Shown piece by piece: positions 54,526-64,000 of a stretch of 64,000 bases of DNA. A program made the position numbers and the translations under genes. Source of the stretch: Auanema rhodensis (lineage: Eukaryota; Animalia; Nematoda); contig OZ059898.1 of assembly GCA_964057225.1 (NCBI GenBank), positions 3,596,001-3,660,000 on the forward strand, read 5' to 3'. The notes beneath the pieces are model-generated. The model saw only the letters and a program-made list of their open reading frames with translations. It was not told where the DNA came from and made no database searches. The number at the start of each line of letters is the position of its first letter. The first letter of the stretch is position 1.

Positions 54526-57500
54526 AGCTTTTCTCAGTGTAGTATAGTGCATTCGATGCGGATTTTTAAGCTGCGTCGATCTGTGTTATTAGATTTGCGC
54601 TAGCTCGAAAATGCACCGAGATATCAACTGATATAGGTTCACACTTATATCCTCGATTTTCACCCTGAAGAATTAATTTTTTCGTTGAATAACAATATCC
54701 ATCGTCTTTGTCTTGGAAAAAGGAATCTAAAAACATCTACTTTTTGTGAAATTATTCGGAAATTTTTCGGGAAAATTTTTGTCAAAATGTTTTTGGAAGC
54801 AATTTTGAGTGTACATGGAAACTCAACATACAGTAATGCATCATTTTTCAAACGATCATAACTAATTTTTGTATCGAGCTTTTCTTAATATAGTATAGTG
54901 CATTCGATGCGGATTTTTAAGCTGCGTCGATCTGTGTTATCAGATTTGCGCTAGCTTGAAAATGCACCGAGATATCAAATGATATAGGTTCACACTTATA
55001 TCCTCGATTTTCACCCTGAAGAATTAATTTTTTCGTTGAATAACAATGTCCATCGTCTTTGTCTTGGAAAAAGGAATCTAAAAACATCTACTTTTTGTGA
55101 AATTATTCGGAAATTTTTCGGGAAAATTTTTGTCAAAATGTTTTTGGAAGCAATTTTGAGTGTACATGGAAACTCAACATACAGTAATGCATCATTTTTC
55201 AAACGATCATAACTAATTTTTGTATTGAGCTTTTCTCAGTGTAGTATAGTGCATTCGATGCGGATTTTTAAGCTGCGTCGATCTGTGTTATTAGATTTGC
55301 GCTAGCTTGAAAATGCACCGAGATATCAAATGATATAGGTTCACACTTATATCCTCGATTTTCACCCTGAAGAATTAATTTTTTCGTTGAATAACAATGT
55401 CCATCGTCTTTGTCTTGAAAAAAGGAATGTAAAAACATCTACTTTTTGCTAAATTATCTGGAAATTTTTCGGGAAAATTTTTGTCAAAATGTTTTTGGAA
55501 GCAATTTTGAGTGTACATGGAAACTCAACATACAGTAATGCATCATTTTTCAAACGATCATAACTAATTTTTGTATTGAGCTTTTCTCAGTGTAGTATAG
55601 TGCATTCGATGCGGATTTTTAAGCTGCGTCGATCTGTGTTATCAGATTTGCGCTAGCTTGAAAATGCACCGAGATATCAAATGATATAGGTTCACACTTA
55701 TATCCTCGATTTTCACCCTGAAGAATTAATTTTTTCGTTGAATAACAATGTCCATCGTCTTTGTCTTGAAAAAAGGAATGTAAAAACATCTACTTTTTGC
55801 TAAATTATCTGGAAATTTTTCGGGAAAATTTTTGTCAAAATGTTTTTGGAACCAATTTTGAGTGTACATGGAAACTCAACATACAGTAATGCATCATTTT
55901 TCAAACGATCATAACTAATTTTTGTATTGAGCTTTTCTCAGTGTAGTATAGTGCATTCGATGCGGATTTTTAAGCTGCGTCGATCTGTGTTATTAGATTT
56001 GGGCTAGCTCGAAAATGCACCGAGATATCAACTGATATAGGTTCACACTTATATCCTCGATTTTCACCCTGAAGAATTAATTTTTTCGTTGAATAACAAT
56101 GTCCATCGTCTTTGTCTTGAAAAAAGGAATGTAAAAACATCTACTTTTTGCTAAATTATCTGGAAATTTTTCGGGAAAATTTTTGTCAAAATGTTTTTGG
56201 AACCAATTTTGAGTGTACATGGAAACTCAACATACAGTAATGCATCATTTTTCAAACGATCATAACTAATTTTTGTATTGAGCTTTTCTCAGTGTAGTAT
56301 AGTGCATTCGATGCGGATTTTTAAGCTGCGTCGATCTGTGTTATCAGATTTGCGCTAGCTTGAAAATGCACCGAGATATCAAATGATATAGGTTCACACT
56401 TATATCCTCGATTTTCACCCTGAAGAATTAATTTTTTCGTTGAATAACAATGTCCATCGTCTTTGTCTTGAAAAAAGGAATGTAAAAACATCTACTTTTT
56501 GCTAAATTATCTGGAAATTTTTCGGGAAAATTTTTGTCAAAATGTTTTTGGAACCAATTTTGAGTGTACATGGAAACTCAACATACAGTAATGCATCATT
56601 TTTCAAACGATCATAACTAATTTTTGTATTGAGCTTTTCTCAGTGTAGTATAGTGCATTCGATGCGGATTTTTAAGCTGCGTCGATCTGTGTTATTAGAT
56701 TTGGGCTAGCTCGAAAATGCACCGAGATATCAACTTATATAGGTTCACACTTATATCCTCGATTTTCACCCTGAAGAATTAATTTTTTCGTTGAATAACA
56801 ATGTCCATCGTCTTTGTCTTGAAAAAAGGAATGTAAAAACATCTACTTTTTGCTAAATTATCTGGAAATTTTTCGGGAAAATTTTTGTCAAAATGTTTTT
56901 GGAACCAATTTTGAGTGTACATGGAAACTCAACATACAGTAATGCATCATTTTTCAAACGATCATAACTAATTTTTGTATTGAGCTTTTCTCAGTGTAGT
57001 ATAGTGCATTCGATGCGGATTTTTAAGCTGCGTCGATCTGTGTTATCAGATTTGCGCTAGCTTGAAAATGCACCGAGATATCAAATGATATAGGTTCACA
57101 CTTATATCCTCGATTTTCACCCTGAAGAATTAATTTTTTCGTTGAATAACAATGTCCATCGTCTTTGTCTTGAAAAAAGGAATGTAAAAACATCTACTTT
57201 TTGCTAAATTATCTGGAAATTTTTCGGGAAAATTTTTGTCAAAATGTTTTTGGAACCAATTTTGAGTGTACATGGAAACTCAACATACAGTAATGCATCA
57301 TTTTTCAAACGATCATAACTAATTTTTGTATTGAGCTTTTCTCAGTGTAGTATAGTGCATTCGATGCGGATTTTTAAGCTGCGTCGATCTGTGTTATTAG
57401 ATTTGGGCTAGCTCGAAAATGCACCGAGATATCAACTTATATAGGTTCACACTTATATCCTCGATTTTCACCCTGAAGAATTAATTTTTTCGTTGAATAA

Positions 57501-58334
57501 CAATGTCCATCGTCTTTGTCTTGAAAAAAGGAATGTAAAAACATCTACTTTTTGCTAAATTATCTGGAAATTTTTCGGGAAAATTTTTGTCAAAATGTTT
57601 TTGGAACCAATTTTGAGTGTACATGGAAACTCAACATACAGTAATGCATCATTTTTCAAACGATCATAACTAATTTTTGTATTGAGCTTTTCTCAGTGTA
57701 GTATAGTGCATTCGATGCGGATTTTTAAGCTGCGTCGATCTCTGTTATCAGATTTGCGCTAGCTTGAAAATGCACCGAGATATCAAATGATATAGGTTCA
57801 CACTTATATCCTCGATTTTCACCCTGAAGAATTAATTTTTTCGTTGAATAACAATGTCCATCGTCTTTGTCTTGAAAAAAGGAATGTAAAAACATCTACT
57901 TTTTGCTAAATTATCTGGAAATTTTTCGGGAAAATTTTTGTCAAAATGTTTTTGGAACCAATTTTGAGTGTACATGGAAACTCAACATACAGTAATGCAT
58001 CATTTTTCAAACGATCATAACTAATTTTTGTATTGAGCTTTTCTCAGTGTAGTATAGTGCATTCGATGCGGATTTTTAAGCTGCGTCGATCTGTGTTATT
58101 AGATTTGGGCTAGCTCGAAAATGCACCGAGATATCAACTGATATAAGTTTACACTTATATCCTCGATTTTCACCCTAAAGAATTAATTTTTTCGTTGAAT
58201 AACAATGTCCATCGTCTTTGTCTTGAAAAAAGGAATGTAAAAACATCTACTTTTTGCTAAATTATCTGGAAATTTTTCGGGAAAATTTTTGTCAAAATGT
58301 TTTTGGAAGCAATTTTGAGTGTACATGGAAACTC

Positions 58335-58345
58335 TTTTTCAACTC
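58335..58345 (+). other. 11-bp insertion tttttcaactc (362-bp monomer), copy 1
   Basis: ggaaactc-tttttcaactc-aacatac versus normal ggaaactc-aacatac. Confidence 0.93.
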
Positions 58346-59047
58346 AACATACAGTAATGCATCATTTTTCAAACGATCATAACTAATTTTTGTATTGAGC
58401 TTTTCTCAGTGTAGTATAGTGCATTCGATGCGGATTTTTAAGCTGCGTCGATCTCTGTTATCAGATTTGCGCTAGCTTGAAAATACACCGAGATATCAAA
58501 TGATATAGGTTCACACTTATATCCTCGATTTTCACCCTGAAGAATCAATTTTTTCGTTGAATAACAATGTCCATCGTCTTTGTCTTGAAAAAAGGAATCT
58601 AAAAACATCTACTTTTTGCTAAATTATCTGGAAATTTTTCGGGAAAATTTTTGTCAAAATGTTTTTGGAACCAATTTTGAGTGTACATGGAAACTCAACA
58701 TACAGTAATGCATCATTTTTCAAACGATCATAACTAATTTTTGTATTGAGCTTTTCTCAGTGTAGTATAGTGCATTCGATGCGGATTTTTAAGCTGCGTC
58801 GATCTGTGTTATTAGATTTGCGCTAGCTCGAAAATGCACCGAGATATCAACTGATATATGTTCACACTTATATCCTCGATTTTCACCCTGAAGAATTAAT
58901 TTTTTCGTTGAATAACAATGTCCATCGTCTTTGTCTTGAAAAAAGGAATGTAAAAACATCTACTTTTTGCTAAATTATCTGGAAATTTTTCGGGAAAATT
59001 TTTGTCAAAATGTTTTTGGAAGCAATTTTGAGTGTACATGGAAACTC

Positions 59048-59058
59048 TTTTTCAACTC
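59048..59058 (+). other. 11-bp insertion tttttcaactc, copy 2
   Basis: Identical insert 713 bp (2x351+11) after copy 1. Confidence 0.93.
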
Positions 59059-60111
59059 AACATACAGTAATGCATCATTTTTCAAACGATCATAACTAAT
59101 TTTTGTATTGAGCTTTTCTCAGTGTAGTATAGTGCATTCGATGCGGATTTTTAAGCTGCGTCGATCTCTGTTATCAGATTTGCGCTAGCTTGAAAATACA
59201 CCGAGATATCAAATGATATAGGTTCACACTTATATCCTCGATTTTCACCCTGAAGAATCAATTTTTTCGTTGAATAACAATGTCCATCGTCTTTGTCTTG
59301 AAAAAAGGAATCTAAAAACATCTACTTTTTGCTAAATTATCTGGAAATTTTTCGGGAAAATTTTTGTCAAAATGTTTTTGGAACCAATTTTGAGTGTACA
59401 TGGAAACTCAACATACAGTAATGCATCATTTTTCAAACGATCATAACTAATTTTTGTATCGAGCTTTTCTCAATATAGTATAGTGCATTCGATGCGGATT
59501 TTTAAGCTGCGTCGATCTGTGTTATCAGATTTGCGCTAGCTTGAAAATGCACCGAGATATCAAATGATATAGGTTCACACTTATATCCTCGATTTTCACC
59601 CTGAAGAATTAATTTTTTCGTTGAATAACAATGTCCATCGTCTTTGTCTTGAAAAAAGGAATGTAAAAACATCTACTTTTTGCTAAATTATCTGGAAATT
59701 TTTCGGGAAAATTTTTGTCAAAATGTTTTTGGAACCAATTTTGAGTGTACATGGAAACTCAACATACAGTAATGCATCATTTTTCAAACGATCATAACTA
59801 ATTTTTGTATTGAGCTTTTCTCAGTGTAGTATAGTGCATTCGATGCGGATTTTTAAGCTGCGTCGATCTGTGTTATTAGATTTGGGCTAGCTCGAAAATG
59901 CACCGAGATATCAACTGATATAAGTTTACACTTATATCCTCGATTTTCACCCTAAAGAATTAATTTTTTCGTTGAATAACAATGTCCATCGTCTTTGTCT
60001 TGAAAAAAGGAATGTAAAAACATCTACTTTTTGCTAAATTATCTGGAAATTTTTCGGGAAAATTTTTGTCAAAATGTTTTTGGAAGCAATTTTGAGTGTA
60101 CATGGAAACTC

Positions 60112-60122
60112 TTTTTCAACTC
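60112..60122 (+). other. 11-bp insertion tttttcaactc, copy 3
   Basis: Identical insert 1064 bp (3x351+11) after copy 2. The total 33-bp phase shift is confirmed by ORF 55011 to 60660 = 16x351+33. Confidence 0.93.
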
Positions 60123-60949
60123 AACATACAGTAATGCATCATTTTTCAAACGATCATAACTAATTTTTGTATTGAGCTTTTCTCAGTGTAGTATAGTGCA
60201 TTCGATGCGGATTTTTAAGCTGCGTCGATCTCTGTTATCAGATTTGCGCTAGCTTGAAAATACACCGAGATATCAAATGATATAGGTTCACACTTATATC
60301 CTCGATTTTCACCCTGAAGAATCAATTTTTTCGTTGAATAACAATGTCCATCGTCTTTGTCTTGAAAAAAGGAATCTAAAAACATCTACTTTTTGCTAAA
60401 TTATCTGGAAATTTTTCGGGAAAATTTTTGTCAAAATGTTTTTGGAACCAATTTTGAGTGTACATGGAAACTCAACATACAGTAATGCATCATTTTTCAA
60501 ACGATCATAACTAATTTTTGTATTGAGCTTTTCTCAGTGTAGTATAGTGCATTCGATGCGGATTTTTAAGCTGCGTCGATCTGTGTTATTAGATTTGCGC
60601 TAGCTCGAAAATGCACCGAGATATCAACTGATATATGTTCACACTTATATCCTCGATTTTCACCCTGAAGAATTAATTTTTTCGTTGAATAACAATGTCC
60701 ATCGTCTTTGTCTTGGAAAAAGGAATCTAAAAACATCTACTTTTTGTGAAATTATTCGGAAATTTTTCGGGAAAATTTTTGTCAAAATGTTTTTGGAAGC
60801 AATTTTGAGTGTACATGGAAACTCAACATACAGTAATGCATCATTTTTCAAACGATCATAACTAATTTTTGTATTGAGCTTTTCTCAGTGTAGTATAGTG
60901 CATTCGATGCGGATTTTTAAGCTGCGTCGATCTGTGTTATTAGATTTGC

Positions 60950-63900
60950 GCTAGCTCGAAAATGCACCGAGATATCAAATGATATAGGTTCACACTTATA
61001 TCCTCGATTTTCACCCTGAAGAATTAATTTTTTCGTTGAATAACAATGTCCATCGTCTTTGTCTTGGAAAAAGGAATCTAAAAACATCTACTTTTTGTGA
61101 AATTATTCGGAAATTTTTCGGGAAAATTTTTGTCAAAATGTTTTTGGAAGCAATTTTGAGTGTACATGGAAACTCAACATACAGTAATGCATCATTTTTC
61201 AAACGATCATAACTAATTTTTGTATTGAGCTTTTCTCAGTGTAGTATAGTGCATTCGATGCGGATTTTTAAGCTGCGTCGATCTGTGTTATCAGATTTGC
61301 GCTAGCTTGAAAATGCACCGAGATATCAAATGATATAGGTTCACACTTATATCCTCGATTTTCACCCTGAAGAATTAATTTTTTCGTTGAATAACAATGT
61401 CCATCGTCTTTGTCTTGAAAAAAGGAATGTAAAAACATCTACTTTTTGCTAAATTATCTGGAAATTTTTCGGGAAAATTTTTGTCAAAATGTTTTTGGAA
61501 CCAATTTTGAGTGTACATGGAAACTCAACATACAGTAATGCATCATTTTTCAAACGATCATAACTAATTTTTGTATTGAGCTTTTCTCAGTGTAGTATAG
61601 TGCATTCGATGCGGATTTTTAAGCTGCGTCGATCTGTGTTATTAGATTTGGGCTAGCTCGAAAATGCACCGAGATATCAACTGATATAGGTTCACACTTA
61701 TATCCTCGATTTTCACCCTGAAGAATTAATTTTTTCGTTGAATAACAATGTCCATCGTCTTTGTCTTGAAAAAAGGAATGTAAAAACATCTACTTTTTGC
61801 TAAATTATCTGGAAATTTTTCGGGAAAATTTTTGTCAAAATGTTTTTGGAACCAATTTTGAGTGTACATGGAAACTCAACATACAGTAATGCATCATTTT
61901 TCAAACGATCATAACTAATTTTTGTATCGAGCTTTTCTCAATATAGTATAGTGCATTCGATGCGGATTTTTAAGCTGCGTCGATCTGTGTTATCAGATTT
62001 GCGCTAGCTTGAAAATGCACCGAGATATCAAATGATATAGGTTCACACTTATATCCTCGATTTTCACCCTGAAGAATTATTTTTTTCGTTGAATAACAAT
62101 GTCCATCGTCTTTGTCTTGGAAAAAGGAATCTAAAAACATCTACTTTTTGTGAAATTATTCGGAAATTTTTCGGGAAAATTTTTGTCAAAATGTTTTTGG
62201 AAGCAATTTTGAGTGTACATGGAAACTCAACATACAGTAATGCATCATTTTTCAAACGATCATAACTAATTTTTGTATTGAGCTTTTCTCAGTGTAGTAT
62301 AGTGCATTCGATGCGGATTTTTAAGCTGCGTCGATCTGTGTTATCAGATTTGCGCTAGCTTGAAAATGCACCGAGATATCAAATGATATAGGTTCACACT
62401 TATATCCTCGATTTTCACCCTGAAGAATTAATTTTTTCGTTGAATAACAATGTCCATCGTCTTTGTCTTGAAAAAAGGAATGTAAAAACATCTACTTTTT
62501 GCTAAATTATCTGGAAATTTTTCGGGAAAATTTTTGTCAAAATGTTTTTGGAACCAATTTTGAGTGTACATGGAAACTCAACATACAGTAATGCATCATT
62601 TTTCAAACGATCATAACTAATTTTTGTATTGAGCTTTTCTCAGTGTAGTATAGTGCATTCGATGCGGATTTTTAAGCTGCGTCGATCTGTGTTATTAGAT
62701 TTGGGCTAGCTCGAAAATGCACCGAGATATCAACTGATATAGGTTCACACTTATATCCTCGATTTTCACCCTGAAGAATTAATTTTTTCGTTGAATAACA
62801 ATGTCCATCGTCTTTGTCTTGAAAAAAGGAATGTAAAAACATCTACTTTTTGCTAAATTATCTGGAAATTTTTCGGGAAAATTTTTGTCAAAATGTTTTT
62901 GGAACCAATTTTGAGTGTACATGGAAACTCAACATACAGTAATGCATCATTTTTCAAACGATCATAACTAATTTTTGTATCGAGCTTTTCTCAATATAGT
63001 ATAGTGCATTCGATGCGGATTTTTAAGCTGCGTCGATCTGTGTTATCAGATTTGCGCTAGCTTGAAAATGCACCGAGATATCAAATGATATAGGTTCACA
63101 CTTATATCCTCGATTTTCACCCTGAAGAATTAATTTTTTCGTTGAATAACAATGTCCATCGTCTTTGTCTTGGAAAAAGGAATCTAAAAACATCTACTTT
63201 TTGTGAAATTATTCGGAAATTTTTCGGGAAAATTTTTGTCAAAATGTTTTTGGAAGCAATTTTGAGTGTACATGGAAACTCAACATACAGTAATGCATCA
63301 TTTTTCAAACGATCATAACTAATTTTTGTATTGAGCTTTTCTCAGTGTAGTATAGTGCATTCGATGCGGATTTTTAAGCTGCGTCGATCTGTGTTATCAG
63401 ATTTGCGCTAGCTTGAAAATGCACCGAGATATCAAATGATATAGGTTCACACTTATATCCTCGATTTTCACCCTGAAGAATTAATTTTTTCGTTGAATAA
63501 CAATGTCCATCGTCTTTGTCTTGAAAAAAGGAATGTAAAAACATCTACTTTTTGCTAAATTATCTGGAAATTTTTCGGGAAAATTTTTGTCAAAATGTTT
63601 TTGGAACCAATTTTGAGTGTACATGGAAACTCAACATACAGTAATGCATCATTTTTCAAACGATCATAACTAATTTTTGTATTGAGCTTTTCTCAGTGTA
63701 GTATAGTGCATTCGATGCGGATTTTTAAGCTGCGTCGATCTGTGTTATTAGATTTGGGCTAGCTCGAAAATGCACCGAGATATCAACTGATATAGGTTCA
63801 CACTTATATCCTCGATTTTCACCCTGAAGAATTAATTTTTTCGTTGAATAACAATGTCCATCGTCTTTGTCTTGAAAAAAGGAATGTAAAAACATCTACT

Positions 63901-64000
63901 TTTTGCTAAATTATCTGGAAATTTTTCGGGAAAATTTTTGTCAAAATGTTTTTGGAACCAATTTTGAGTGTACATGGAAACTCAACATACAGTAATGCAT
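60950..64000. repeat. 3-mer higher-order repeat (1053-bp unit)
   Basis: The gtgaaattattcgg subtype occurs at ORFs 61011, 62064 and 63117 (exact 1053 spacing). Each is followed by a ttgaaaatg/aaatgat monomer and then a gggctagctcg monomer. Confidence 0.85.

Larger units (their letters stand above)
1..64000. repeat. Satellite DNA array, 351-bp monomer, ~182 head-to-tail copies, single orientation
   Basis: ttgaaatttttcgaaaa... recurs at 1, 352, 703, etc. The same phase recurs at 7021, 14041, 21061, 28081, 35101, 42121, 49141 and 56161 (20x351 steps). ORF-track spacings are exact multiples of 351 (5520 to 55011 = 141x351). No unique spacers or non-satellite sequence seen. Confidence 0.99.
54529..64000. 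repeat. Subfamily B block 2 (~27 monomers, runs off the window end)
   Basis: Same diagnostic set as 21180-26660, including both B subtypes (gctaaattatctgg and gtgaaattattcgg). Confidence 0.9.

Noticed and set aside
5520-63308. 63-aa - strand ORFs (MKNDAL...)
   Set aside because: They open only in monomers where gctaa becomes gctga or gtgaa. The F/K/I-rich composition reflects A/T tracts, and they overlap the + ORF antisense. Useful only as variant markers.
1-64000. CRISPR array or variable-cassette/diversity-generating system
   Set aside because: There are no unique spacers and no cas, recombinase or reverse transcriptase gene. Variation consists of shared SNPs, as expected from concerted evolution.
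1-64000. Inversions or TE insertions interrupting the array
   Set aside because: Orientation and phase are continuous throughout, apart from the three 11-bp inserts.

Overview
The entire 64-kb window is one head-to-tail tandem array of an AT-rich (~32% GC, counted on monomer 1) 351-bp monomer, about 182 copies, all in one orientation. It is typical eukaryotic (peri)centromeric-type satellite DNA. I see no genes, RNA genes, CRISPR or intact mobile element; the 30 ORFs are satellite artefacts. I cannot name the species or satellite family. The array has internal structure. (1) It has four blocks from two subfamilies about 4% apart: A1 (1-21.2 kb), B (21.2-26.7 kb), A2 (26.7-54.5 kb, with interspersed A/B hybrid monomers) and B again (54.5-64 kb). 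(2) There are local nascent higher-order repeats (2-, 3- and 5-mers) and multi-kb in-register duplications (offsets of 23/24, 16 and 14 monomers). (3) Monomer length is invariant except for one 11-bp insertion present in 3 copies. (4) The monomer is largely a chain of inverted repeats, and several common variants keep the pairing. All variant calls were made by eye, so block and duplication edges are approximate.
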